From: Macrostomum lignano
Lineage: Eukaryota
Reading direction: 5' to 3'
DNA: 64,000 bases
NCBI GenBank assembly: GCA_002269645.1
Contig: NIVC01001526.1
Span: forward strand, 1 to 64,000
The notes beneath the pieces are model-generated. The model was not told where the DNA came from, searched no databases, and saw nothing but the letters and a program-made list of their open reading frames with translations. Shown here piece after piece: positions 1 through 11,202 of this stretch (positions within the stretch are counted from its first letter, which is position 1; each line of letters begins with the position of its first letter). A program made the translations under genes and the position numbers.

Positions 1-407
1 TGGTCTTTGGATCAGCCTGTGGATCTCCATAGGTGAACACTTTAATGTTCTGCCATTTTTCATTTGTCTTTGAGGTGCTTTGCATATTCGGCAGCTACAA
101 TTTCAGGGTTACTGGAAGGCTCATTTGGTTATTAAAACATGCAATAATGTCCTCTTTGTTCAGCTTGTTTTGAAGCCCTGCAATCAGCATTCTATACTCA
201 TCTTGATACAGTGTGGGAGAGTAGATGTGGGCAGAGTGTCATAGTCGATAAAGCCAGGTCTAAGAAGCATGTTAAAGACTCTGAATGTTTTACCTGAACC
301 TGATGAACAACAACAATGCATCTGAAGTGACTCGGGATTGACTCATGATGAGAAAACTTAATCTGATTACGTGTCCAGTGAGGATTGAAGTCGTTTGAAA
401 AGTCCAT
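1..407 (-). CDS. Polinton packaging ATPase (FtsK/A32-like), N-terminal part, 2 frameshifts
   Basis: Joining frames gives MDFSNDFNPHW...FRCIVV(G)SSGSGKTFRVFNMLLRPGFIDYDTL.HIYSPTLYQDEYRMLIAGLQNKLNKEDI. This has a Walker A motif GxxGxGKT followed by the LLRPGxxDY motif typical of Polinton ATPases. Confidence 0.85.
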
Positions 408-444
408 TTTTTCTATGATGAAAAAAATTTAAATAATAAATAAT

Positions 445-612
445 GTAGATGTGTCATTTCGGGACTTAGATGTGTCATTTGGGACTTAGATGTGTCATTT
501 TGGGACTTGGATATGTGTTATTTTGGGACTTAGATGTGTCATTTTGGGACTTAGATGTGTCATTTTGGGACTTAAATGTGTCATTTTGGTACTTAATTGT
601 GTCATTTTGGGA
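445..612. repeat. 20-bp tandem repeat (TAGATGTGTCATTTTGGGAC-like), ~8 copies, inside the Polinton
   Basis: Directly visible, between the ATPase start and the stop of the upstream gene. Confidence 0.9.
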
Positions 613-656
613 CTAGTCTTGTACCTTTACATTTCTTGTACCCTCGGAAAGTACCT

Positions 657-1055
657 TTAGTCAAATTTGAAACCACTTCCTTTTTTAATGCTAGCTCTCA
701 TCTTCTCATAGACTGCAGGGTCCACACTGTCTGGATTTGGGGCCAGCGGGGCCAGCGGGCCAGCGGGGCCAGTGGAGGTTGAATCTCTTGTTTAGGTGTT
801 ACAGTATCCTTTTATCTTTTTGGCTGCTGTGGCTACACTGCCAGCAGCGCTTCGGCAACGTTCTTGATGTTCTCTTGTTCTCTCCAATGACCTTAAAAAT
901 CTTAGCCCCCTGAGCGATCAAATCAGCAAGGCCATTCCAGAGCGTTCTTTTCTTGGATAGTGGCCTGCAGGGAAAAGTCCAGATCCGCGTTTAATGAGAT
1001 TAAGTTCCTCTTTGTCATAGTATTTGTCAATGTCTTTTTCGAAAATAATTGGCAT
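657..1055 (-). CDS. Small Polinton structural protein (amphipathic, membrane-lytic/core-protein-like), ~4 frameshifts
   Basis: Reconstructed MPIIFEKDIDKYYDKEELNLIKRGSGLF...G(N)GLADLIAQGAKIFKVIGENKENIKNVAE.AGSVATAAKKIKD...PLAPLAPLAPNPDSVDPAVYEKMRASIKKGSGFKFD*. GxGL motifs and a C-terminal KGSGF resemble small Polinton/adintovirus proteins. Confidence 0.55.
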
Positions 1056-1071
1056 CTTTTTAAATAGAAAT

Positions 1072-2267
1072 TTATTTTTTGTTAAACCGTGAAAGCAAAA
1101 GTTCTCTTGCTCTTTTATCGATATATTTTCTCTCAAGCATTTTGTCCAGGATGTTGACAAATTCTTTTCTATTCTCGTCTTTCATTCCGGTCTTTGCCGC
1201 TCCTAGAAGAACAGCTAACCGCTTGTAGAGATTCAGGCATGCCTTTTCCAGTTGAGGGCGGTTGGTCTTGAGGTTGTGGAGTTGGTTGGGCTTGTGGCTG
1301 CTGGGGAGGTGATGCAAAAGACTGCTCACTTTCAGAGACGGACTGTCATGTGGTGCCTGTCTTTGTTGAGGTGTGAAAACTCTTTGCTTGATTCTGTTCA
1401 TTCGATCTGGAGAGTGTTGTTCTAAGTGTTGCCAATCTGTTGGGTTTTGTTTCTTATATTCAGCTACTTGAGTCGGATCTGCATTTTCCAGTTGCCTGAG
1501 TACTTCTGTGAAATGTTGCTGCTGCTGTGGTTGTGGTTGTTGTTGCTGTTGTTGTTGTTGTTCTAGATATTTTATGACTTCCGCCTGATCTGGCAAATCG
1601 AACCATTGTTTAAAGTGATTGTACTTTTTGAATCTAGTCAGGTTGACACCGTTATCATACATAAGTCTCAGGACTTCTGGGGCCTTTAGTATTGCTATAT
1701 CTCTAGCAAGAGCAAAAGTCACTAGATCTCTATAGTTCTTTAGCTGTTTGTCCGAGATTCTCTCTTGGTTCTTGGTCATAAAAGTCAGTAAGGTTTCTGT
1801 GAAAGGAATGCTCTTAGTTTCCGAGCCTTTGACAACAGAAATATGTTTCTTATTTATGTCGATATAATATTCCACTGGTTCATTATAAATGTTTCTTCTC
1901 ACACATACTTATTCCAAATACATATTTCCCATCATGTTCGACACGCTCTACTGGTCCAAAAATGTTATCTGTCACTTTTAGTTGTGATTGATGTGGTTGT
2001 GGTTGTTGTGGTTGCGGCTGTATCTGTGGTGCTTCTGGAATTTTGCCCAAAACCTTTTGCACTTGGGTTTCCTGTATGTCGTCGATAGTTTCTTTGACCT
2101 GATCAATATTTTTCTTAGCTTCTCCATACCCGGGTTTATGAAACTCTGTGGCTGCTTGGACAAACTCATTGTAGGATTGTTGCTCCTTATTTATTAGCCG
2201 GTAACTCGTTTCTCTGCTTGTGCTAGCTTCTCCAATTCAGATATCTGCTGTGTACTTTTCGCTTCAT
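1072..2267 (-). CDS. Polinton PZ-like protein, frameshifted near the 5' end
   Basis: Upstream frame reads TDNIFGPVERVEHDGKYVFG. The 276-aa ORF ends RLAVLLGAAKTGMKDENRKEFVNILDKMLERKYI. Both resemble conserved PZ motifs. Start at 2267 is tentative. Confidence 0.65.
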
Positions 2268-2297
2268 TTCTTATTTTATTTTATTTTTAGTTAAAAA

Positions 2298-3582
2298 ATG
2301 AACGACCCACTGACACCAGTTTTCTACAAAATTAACAAGCCTATTTTGAGTGATGATAGCACAATCAAAGCGACACAAGTTAGAGTTCCGAGTCACGAGA
2401 ACCAGAATGAAACTAATTTGGTCCAGGTCAAACACTGACATTTACATACAATGGATGTTCGTCTCTGGTTAGTGTGCACAGTCTTAAGAGCGGCTTCCAT
2501 ATGACATTTCAATTCAAGACAAAGGTGGTGCGGATGCGGCTCGTGCTAACGTTGACAAGCATGATGCGGATGTGGCTCTGATCAGTAACTTTTGGGCGTA
2601 CATGTTCAAGGAGTTTAGTGTATCGAATGGGAGCACTGAGTTGGAGCGAATCGCCAACTTTGGAATTGTCTATGACGCTCATTGTTTGATCGAGAATCCT
2701 GATTTTATTCAGTTGGGAAGTGGTGCAGGTTTTATTGCAGACGAAAAAGAAGGAGATATCAATGACAGTGGCTATAAAAATAGGAAGAAGAGATACAACT
2801 ATGCTTTGCAAGGTGCTGATGATGCTGCTAAAAACCCGCTGTATCGGTCTGTTGATGTATTTGTACCATTGAGATTCATGAGTGGATTCTGTAATACATT
2901 TAATCGACTGACTAGTAACTTTAGCTACACATTTAGGATGACTAGAGATGATCGCAGTAGAGTGTTGTGGACTGGGGCGGACCACACAAGGATGGAGGTG
3001 AAGCTAACCGGAATCGAGCTGTATTTGGAAGTCATTGAGCCAAAGACTGCACTAAAAGCAGACTATCTTAAGGCAATAGAGAAGGACATTGATGTTGCAT
3101 ACACAGCCTACATGTGTCGAGATGAGCGAAACGAAACTAGAACAAACATCTGCATTAAAGAGGGATCATGCAGCAATCCAAGGTATATTATTATTAACAT
3201 GAGAAACCCAAATAGCATTATACGCTACATGCATGGTGACGTGCGGTCCATTCAGCATGAAATCAGTGATAATCTTTACCCTGCACTGCCACAAAATGGA
3301 GATTTCAGTCAGAACAAGATTAGCAAATTTTATAGCGAGTTGGTCGACTTGGCTGTGAAAGAGAACAATGGAATTGCTATCACTGCTCTTCAATATGGAA
3401 CTCTATATCCAATGTTTGGCGCTGATGTGTCTGCCAGACAAATGCCTACTGATAACAGCCCTGTGAATATCGTGACCAACATTGAGAGGACTGTCGCAAC
3501 ACCCGTGGACTTGTACATTATCTATGCATTTGAGAGGAAGGTGAAGCTTAACATGATCAACAATTCATCCAGTAAAGTTTAA
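2298..3582 (+). CDS. Polinton major capsid protein (PY, double jelly-roll/hexon-like), ~428 aa after repairing 2 single-base losses
   Basis: MNDPLTPVFYKINKPILSDDSTIK...NETN / FGPGQTLTFTYNGCSSLV...FQFKTK / GGADAA...VALISNFWAYMFKEFSVSNGSTELERI matches the Polinton MCP N-terminus. Frame changes fall at aatttg (~2417) and acaaagg (~2521). Confidence 0.82.
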
Positions 3583-3606
3583 ATATTTTTTTTGTGGGTG
3601 AAAAAA

Positions 3607-4469
3607 ATGGAAGCTATAGCCGAAAGACTAAACAATATTATTTCGCACTCCAAGGAGAGCATTCCTATTACAATAACTGGGCGGATTAATGACTCAAACG
3701 GGATATTTGTTCAAAAATTAGAGCAGGCGATTAGCCTGGATCCAGGTGCTAATTACCATGTCTATCTTAACGACTTCACTGGTTGGTCAAACGTTCCCAA
3801 TGTGACGGCAGCAAATAATAAGTTTTATTACAAATGGAAAGGTGCAGCAGCAGAACCTGTGGTATTCCCTGTGAGCACGCAAAGTGTGGATACCTACAAT
3901 TACTTTCTAGAAAACGTCTTTACTAAAAGAGGCCATTTTGAGACACCTGATATGAGTAAGCCAGAGAAGAAACTGTTCCCTGTTAAACTAACCTATGATC
4001 TCACTGTAATGAGAGTGGTCATGCAAGTTTACAAAGATGCGGAGGTTGAGTTTAAAGATGACACTTGGTATAGGGAATTGGGATTCGTGAAGAAAGTTTA
4101 TAAGGCAGAATCCACAGCGCGGACTGTCACTCAAGCATCGGGGGCCGTTAGCATGGCCGGGAAAGTGTACGCGGTTTGTTCTTAGCACCCAATATAGCAG
4201 ACATTGTAAAGGGTTTGAATATTCTAATCAGAACTAATCTCAGTCTTGATTGGGTATTTAAGGGAAAGCGAACTAATATTTTGTACAACATCTCCAACTC
4301 TGTAGCTGGAGGACAGATGGTGGTAGAGAAACCAAATCCAGTGAAAAGAGTTGTATTGAGTAATAAGGAGATTCACGAGATTGTGCTTCAGTTTGAGACT
4401 GAAGATGGGATGGGCGTTGATTTTAATGGGGAAGAGTTTGTATTGACGTTAATCATTGAGAGAATGTGA
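3607..4469 (+). CDS. Polinton minor capsid protein (penton, PX), one frameshift at ~4175
   Basis: C-terminal ORF NILYNISNSVAGGQMVVEKPNPVKRVVLSNKEIHEIVLQFETEDGMGVDFNGEEFVLTLIIE is the characteristic penton C-terminus. The N-terminal ORF ends LGFVKKVY. Gene lies directly downstream of the MCP. Confidence 0.85.
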
Positions 4470-4473
4470 GAAA

Positions 4474-4713
4474 TCACAATTGCCTAATGATTTCTGCAAA
4501 GTTATAGTAGCTGTCATAATCTTTTACATAGGTTACTCCATACTTATGAAACCAATGTCTTTGGAGAGCTTGATTAATATTAGGGACATTGATTTGAACG
4601 TCGGGCCAATATTTTCTCATGTATTCGCTGCATTCAAGTTTGCATCGGTACTTACTCTTGTAATTAGGCTCGTGCGTTTTGTAATAAGAACCTGGAGAGA
4701 CAACTGGAAACAT
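4474..4713 (-). CDS. Small Tyr/Lys-rich orphan ORF (79 aa) of the Polinton
   Basis: ATG at 4713 preceded by AAAAA like the other viral genes. Convergent and abutting the penton stop. No recognisable domain. Confidence 0.45.
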   Translation of the reverse strand: MFPVVSPGSYYKTHEPNYKSKYRCKLECSEYMRKYWPDVQINVPNINQALQRHWFHKYGVTYVKDYDSYYNFAEIIRQL

Positions 4714-4911
4714 TTTTATTGAAAATTTAATTTTTTTCAAAGGGTAAGGACCCTGCGCTGATGATTTAAAGTCTTAGGGATCTGGTTTCACGTTGCGGAT
4801 TGAATGTGGGGAGAAGAATGCAGATTATTTTCTGATTGTTTCGAAGATGCTATGGGTGGATGTCAGTGGATTATGTCAGTGTCAGTGAGCATAACAGGTG
4901 TCCTACTGTTA

Positions 4912-5885
4912 TGCTCTGATTCTGTCAGGGATAATGCTCTGATTCTGTCAGGGATAATATGGATGGATTTAATGGAATTATGGAGGACGTTTTGTGAGCG
5001 AGTGCGACCCCCTTTTTTTCTGATTCTGTCAGGGATAATATGGATGGATTTAATGGGATTATGGAGGACGTTTTTGGAGCAGGTGCGACCCCCTTTTTTT
5101 CTGATTCTGTCAGGGATAATATGGATGGATTTAATGGGATTATGGAGGACGTTTTTGGAGCAGGTGCGACCCCCCTTTTTTTCTGATTCTGTCAGGGATA
5201 ATATGGATGGATTTAATGGGATTATGGAGGAGGTTTTTGGAGCAGGTGCGACCCCCCTTTTTTTCTGATTCTGTCAGGGATAATATGGATGGATTTAATG
5301 GGATTATGGAGGACGTTTTTGGAGCAGGTGCGACCCCCCTTTTTTTCTGATTCTGTCAGGGATAATATGGATGGATTTAATGGGATTATGGAGGAGGTTT
5401 TTGGAGCAGGTGCGACCCCCCTTTTTTCTGATTCTGTCAGGGATAATATGGATGGATTTAATGGGATTATGGAGGAGGTTTTTGGAGCAGGTGCGACCCC
5501 CCTTTTTTTCTGATTCTGTCAGGGATAATATGGATGGATTTAATGGGATTATGGAGGACGTTTTTGGAGCAGGTGCGACCCCCCTTTTTTCTGATTCTGT
5601 CAGGGATAATATGGATGGATTTAATGGGATTATGGAGGAGGTTTTTGGAGCAGGTGCGACCCCCCTTTTTTTCTGATTCTGTCAGGGATAATATGGATGG
5701 ATTTAATGGGATTATGGAGGACGTTTTTGGAGCAGGTGCGACCCCCCTTTTTTTCTGATTCTGTCAGGGATAATATGGATGGATTTAATGGGATTATGGA
5801 GGACGTTTTTGGAGCAGGTGCGACCCCCTTTTTTTCTGATTCTGTCAGGGATAATATGGATGGATTTAATGGGATTATGGAGGAG
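4912..5885. repeat. ~82-bp tandem array, ~12 copies (probable Polinton subterminal/TIR repeats)
   Basis: Unit TCTGATTCTGTCAGGGATAATATGGATGGATTTAATGGGATTATGGAGGACGTTTTTGGAGCAGGTGCGACCCCCCTTTTTT; varies mainly in homopolymer length. Confidence 0.92.
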
Positions 5886-6513
5886 GTGAAAAATTTTGTC
5901 CCAGAAGCCCGCCATGCCTTCTACTATTGAGTCGTTTTTCGGGAAGATCGTTGCAACTCGTCCAGGTTCTAAGCCCAATGTCTCCTTGTCTCGAATACGG
6001 CAACTACTTACACCAAGACAAGGCCTCGATGATGCTTAATCTGATCAATCAGTCAGGCTCAAGCTCTTCCAAAGCCACCCCCGTGCTCATCTGACTCGCA
6101 CTAGCCGCTCTCTCCCACTCCCACTCTAGCTCATATTAGGCTATTTCTATATCCACTCTTTTTTCCCGGGCGCGCTTTAAATCTCTGAACGTGGAATTCT
6201 GCTGCGTAATAGCCACAATGTTCCCCCATACAGTATGTTCAAGCGGGCAGTGTGTATGTAAATAGGCTCTATTGGATGTGGCTCTACTAAGGCTTTAAAA
6301 CATCGCGCTTCTATACTGCATAGAGAGACAGTTATATAGTTGCCATCAATCTTAAAATAAATCTACTGCTGCATATCATATGGTAAAGAACTGGGTAGTT
6401 TTAATTGCAGATTGCAAACTGGAACTGTCTTGTGAGATACTGGCTGCCTTCTACTCGTAGTTGGATTCGGGCGACTTTTTCAAACTACCAATGCACGTAG
6501 CTTCGGCGTTGTG

Positions 6514-7069
6514 CTGGCCCTATCTGACACCACATCTTGCGTCCATCTGGCCCTATCTGACACCACATCTTGCGTCCATCTGGCCCTATCTGACACCACA
6601 TCTTGCGTCCATCTGGCCCTATCTGACACCACATCTTGCGTCCATCTGGCCCTATCTGACACCACATCTTGCGTCCATCTGGCCCTATCTGACACCACAT
6701 CTTGCGTCCATCTGGCCCTATCTGACACCACATCTTGCGTCCATCTGGCCCTATCTGACACCACATCTTGCGTCCATCTGGCCCTATCTGACACCACATC
6801 TTGCGTCCATCTGGCCCTATCTGACACCACATCTTGCGTCCATCTGGCCCTATCTGACACCACATCTTGCGTCCATCTGGCCCTATCTGACACCACATCT
6901 TGCGTAAATCTGGCCCTATCTGACACCACATCTTGCGTCCATCTGGCCCTATCTGACACCACATCTTGCGTCCATCTGGCCCTATCTGACACCACATCTT
7001 GCGTAAATCTGGCCCTATCTGACACCACATCTTGCGTCCATCTGGCCCTATCTGACAACACATCTTGCG
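6514..7069. repeat. 33-bp minisatellite, ~17 copies
   Basis: Unit CTGGCCCTATCTGACACCACATCTTGCGTCCAT, nearly identical copies. Confidence 0.95.
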
Positions 7070-7691
7070 CCTTTTTAGCACCCAATTCAACTGAAGCTTA
7101 TTTTGACGCTTCTAACGGTCGTTAATAAAAATAGATTGTCAAGAAAAAACTAGAACCAGCAATACGTCAAATGAATACCAAGATGTCAAATGAATATCAA
7201 GTTCCTTTAAACCAATGAAACATCTAACAAATGGAGTAGATATAAATTTTAGCTACCAATTTGAAGATCGTTATATTTAAATTGGGGACGTCAAATTCTT
7301 ATGATACTACTTGAAACTACTGAAGTTGCTGCATTATGGGCGATTCTGCATTTCCCATTTTCCTTTGAAACGGAATGAAGCTCTTTGGTTTGAGACAAAT
7401 CTTGATACTTTCAGCGATTTAATTAAAGAAGGCAAAGTTTGGTTTGGAGAGGCACACAAAATGGTCAATTATTAGTTTCATAAGTGCTATACATGTGGCT
7501 AATTTATTACCTGTACTTTTACTAGTTTATCTACTTCGAGAATAAAATCGCTTGGATGCTGTAGGCAGGCACGCACTCACACAGGTGTACAGCAACCATT
7601 TTGTGACTTTCAAATTGTCAGACATGTACACTCCCTGTGCCTTGGGGTCTGGGTCTCATGGCTGTGAGTCGCTCGATAACCCACTCCACTG

Positions 7692-8431
7692 CTACTTGAT
7701 GCAGCAGAACCAAATCCAACCGATGGTGCTGATGAACAGCAGCAGCAGCACCATCAGCCAGGTGAACATGCCCGGCCCACCGCCCACGCCGGCCTCTGCT
7801 AGCCGAACTCGATTTTGCTCGACTGAGATTTGCTCAGTCTCTGAGTCATCGCCGGTGCCGACTTTCGCTGGCGGCGACTGCGGTGGCTGCACTGCGGAAG
7901 GCTGCCGAGCTTGAGAGCTTCGAGGCTTGGCTGGCTGTCGAGGTGCAACTTCTTTAACAATTTCTTCCGTTGTTGTTGTTGTTGCTTCTGCCGCTTTTGC
8001 TGTTGTTGCAGACTCTGTTGTTGCTACCGTGGCTTTCGCCGACGAAGACGCCTGAGGACTTGAAGCTGAAGGACTTACCTCATTGAGCGATGGCTTAGAT
8101 GTTGACTTTGTGGAAGCTTTTGGTGAAGCAGTCGAGACTGCAACTTCTGGCTCTTTGCTGGCTGCTCCAGCAATTGTCGATAGCACTGATGAAGCTGAGT
8201 TGGTGATTTGTTTTTCAGCTGCCGAAGAAGCCTCGAAAACTGATGTAGTTTGAGCAGCCTGAGTTCCTGCCGCTGCTGTGCTTTGCGCCACTGCAGCTCC
8301 TGCTGATGCTGAGGCTTCGGAGGTCGCAGACCCTGACGGCATGAGCAGGTCGTCAAAACCGGCCCAGTCACCGCCACCACCGCCGCCTCCTCCTCCTTCT
8401 GCATCGCCTGAGGCCGCCTGAAGAGCGGATG
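7692..8431 (-). CDS. Exon 2 of a mucin/proteoglycan-like type I membrane protein (270 aa total)
   Basis: Acceptor tttcacttcag| at 8432, phase 1 matching the exon-1 donor. S/T/A-rich stalk, SGD/acidic patch, TM helix MFTWLMVLLLLFISTIGWIWF, tail CCIK*. Confidence 0.78.
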
Positions 8432-8465
8432 CTGAAGTGAAATCAGGGGTGACACACTTGGGTTA

Positions 8466-9790
8466 ATCTGCTCCAGAATCTGCTATTAGATCTGCTCCAG
8501 AATCTGCTATTAGATCTGCTCCAAAATCTGCTATTAGATCTTCTTTAGAATCTGCTATTAGATCTGCTCCCGAATCTGCTATTAGATCTGCTCCCGAATC
8601 TGCTATTAGATCTGCTCCTGAATCTGCTATTAGATCTGCTCCTGAATCTGCTATTAGATCTGCTCCTGAATCTGCTATTAGATCTGCTCCAGAATCTGCT
8701 ATTAGATCTGCTCCAGAATCTGCTATTAGATCTGCTCCCGAATCTGATGATACATCTGCTCCTGAATCTGATGGTACATCTGCTCCTGAATCTGATGGTA
8801 CATCTGCTCCTGAATCTGATGATACATCTGCTCCTGAATCTGATGGTACATCTGCTCCTGAATCTGATGGTACATCTGCTCCTGAATCTGATGGTACATC
8901 TGCTCCTGAATCTGATGGTACATCTGCTCCTGAGTCTGATGGTACATCTGCTCCTGAGTCTGATGGTACATCTGCTCCCGAATCTGATGGTACATCTGCT
9001 CCCGAATCTGATGGTACATCTGCTCCTGAGTCTGATGGTACATCTGCTCCTGAATCTGATGGTACATCTGCTCCTGAATCTGATGGTACATCTGCTCCTG
9101 AATCTGATTGTACATCTGCTCCTGAATCTGATGGTACATCTGCTCCTGAATCTGATGGTACATCTGCTCCTGAATCTGATGGTACATCTGCTCCTGAATC
9201 TGATGGTACATCTGCTCCTGAATCTGATGGTACATCTGCTCCTGAATCTGATGGTACATCTGCTCCTGAATCTGATGGTACATCTGCTCCTGAATCTGAT
9301 GGTACATCTGCTCCCGAATCTGGAATTAGATCTGCTCCTGAATCTGATGGTACATCTGCTCCTGAATCTGATAGTACAGTACATCTGCTCCTGAATCTGA
9401 TTGTACATCTGCTCCTGAATCTGATGGTACATCTGTTCCCGAATCTGCTATTATATCTGCTCCCGAATCTGGAACTAGATCTGCTCCTGAATCTGATGGT
9501 GCATCTGCTCCTGAATCTGATGGTACATCTGCTCTCGAATCTGGAATTAGATCCGCTCCTGAATCTAATGGTGCATCTGCTCCTGAATCTGATGGTACAT
9601 CTGCTCCAGAATCTGATGGTACATCTGCTCCTGAATCTGATGGTACTGTACATCTGCTCCTGAATCTGATGGTACATCTGCTCCAGAATCTGATGGTACA
9701 TCTGCTCCTGAATCTGATGGTACTGTACATCTGCTCCTGAATCTGATTGTACATCTGCTCCAGAATCTGATGGTGCATCTGCTCCTGAAT
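8466..9790. repeat. 24-bp intronic minisatellite
   Basis: Unit TCTGCTCCTGAATCTGATGGTACA with a left-end variant ...CTGCTATTAGA. Fills the intron 8432-9836. Confidence 0.95.
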
Positions 9791-9836
9791 CATCTTTAAC
9801 CAATGAAAGCCATAGACAGCAGCAAATAGAACTCAC

Positions 9837-9909
9837 CAGTGTTGACAAGTAGCAGAGAAGTCAGCGCAATCGACAGCAGATGCGATTTTCCTTGCCAGAT
9901 CAGCATCAT
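9837..9909 (-). CDS. Exon 1 (signal peptide) of the mucin-like membrane protein
   Basis: MMLIWQGKSHLLSIALTSLLLVNT followed by G|GTGAGT donor; 73 nt, phase 1. Confidence 0.75.
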
Positions 9910-10548
9910 GCAAGGCCTAAGAAATGCCACTGTAGATTACAAATCCACTAGGTTGTCAAACTAAAGACTTGTTCTTTTGAAGGTTTCTGCTTTACAATAG
10001 AAGTTTTCTATCTAACAGTCTCTCATAAGAGCGGATAGATGGAGAGAGTTTGGTTACAATGACAGACCGGCAGCAACTGCTCTTTCGTTGCTCTACAGTA
10101 CAAATTTTAAGCATCTAACTGCTGCGAGCTTGCTGCATTTAACAATATTGTGCTTTCTTGCACAGCCGAGCATGCTGTCTGTCTGTCTGTCTGTCTTTCT
10201 TTGCAGCATTTCTTCATTGCACTCGAGCGGGTGTACAGTCTCCGAGTCACACCATGTCAGAGCGGAGCATAATGCTTGAGCAGAGTACGGTGCGCTGGCC
10301 AAACAAAATAGAGAAGAAAGGAAAAGAAGAAAAAAATTCAAAACAGAATATGAACAAATCTGATTCTTTGTATAACTATGCAGACGTTATTCTTTTTAAT
10401 TTGCTATTTTTTCGTTCCTTCAGTCCATGCATCATTGCGCCTCGGGGGGTTTTCAGTATCTCGGTATGATAGACGACTCATCGACCCTGAATTGAATTGT
10501 CAGTCTTGCTGGAGTTTTCTAGAGTTCAGAAAGTCTAGTAGTAGACAG

Positions 10549-10631
10549 GGTAGGTAGGTAGGTAGGTAGGTAGGTAGGTAGGTAGGTAGGTAGGTAGGTA
10601 GGTAGGTAGGTAGGTAGATAGGTAGGTAGGT
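10549..10631. repeat. (GGTA)n microsatellite
   Basis: Directly visible. Confidence 0.95.
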
Positions 10632-10677
10632 TTTGCAGGGTTTGACGACCAGAGGGCGGCGCTGTTCCATGCGGTGG

Positions 10678-10948
10678 TCAAAGACTGTTTTGCTCTGTAA
10701 CGATGAAGCGTCTCAAGGTCGGCGACGACGAATGAGTCATCAAAGCGGCGAGGAGATGCGCACTCGGTGTTTCAAAGGACTGCCTGCTGACTGACTCCGG
10801 CGCCCCGAACTTTGTAGTTGTTGGTAGCTTGGGTGGTTCGGTAGGTTCGGTAGATTTGGTAGGTCTGATAGGCTCGGTAGGTTCAGTAGGTTTGGCAGGT
10901 GCGGTAGGTTTGGTAGGTTCAATATTTTTTAATACAAACTCGGTGGTA
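10678..10948 (-). CDS. Probable terminal exon (PT/EP-rich) of the orphan gene starting at 12673
   Basis: Acceptor ctctatgcag| at 10949. Open frame TTEFVLKNIEPTKPTAPAKPTEPTEP...EQNSL*. Phase-2 donors exist near the end of the upstream exon, but they are weak. Confidence 0.4.
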
Positions 10949-11202
10949 CTGCATAGAGCCAGTGAGAATATACTTGAAATCAATCAAAAAAATCGATTGA
11001 TAATAATCAATCCATGTTGATTTCAGGTTTTTCACAAGGACTACTTAAGTTGTCCTTGGTTTTTCAATCAAAACATGGTGAACAGTTGTTAGATAGAAAA
11101 CAGTGCCACAATGCAAAGCAGAACTGGATAGGAAGTTTTTAGCATCTTACTCAAAGTAGTTTCTAAGTGAATAGTGTTTGGCAGTAGAATCAGTTCAACG
11201 AT

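Larger units (their letters stand above)
1..5925. mobile_element. Polinton/Maverick (adintovirus-like) endogenous virus, right-hand part; continues beyond the left window edge
   Basis: Co-located packaging ATPase, PZ-like, major capsid (PY) and penton (PX) homologues recognised from translated motifs. Intronless, tightly packed genes. Subterminal tandem array. The right boundary (CTACT at 5921-5925) is a candidate only. Confidence 0.88.

Noticed and set aside
4159-4165. GGGAAAG heptamer near the penton frameshift as a programmed -1 site
   Set aside because: It is phased GGG AAA G in the upstream frame, not X XXY YYZ; a lost T in the nearby T-run explains the break.
7692-9909. Syndecan identity for the mucin-like membrane protein
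   Set aside because: The conserved syndecan cytoplasmic tail (RMKKKDEGSY...EFYA) is absent; the tail is only CCIK.
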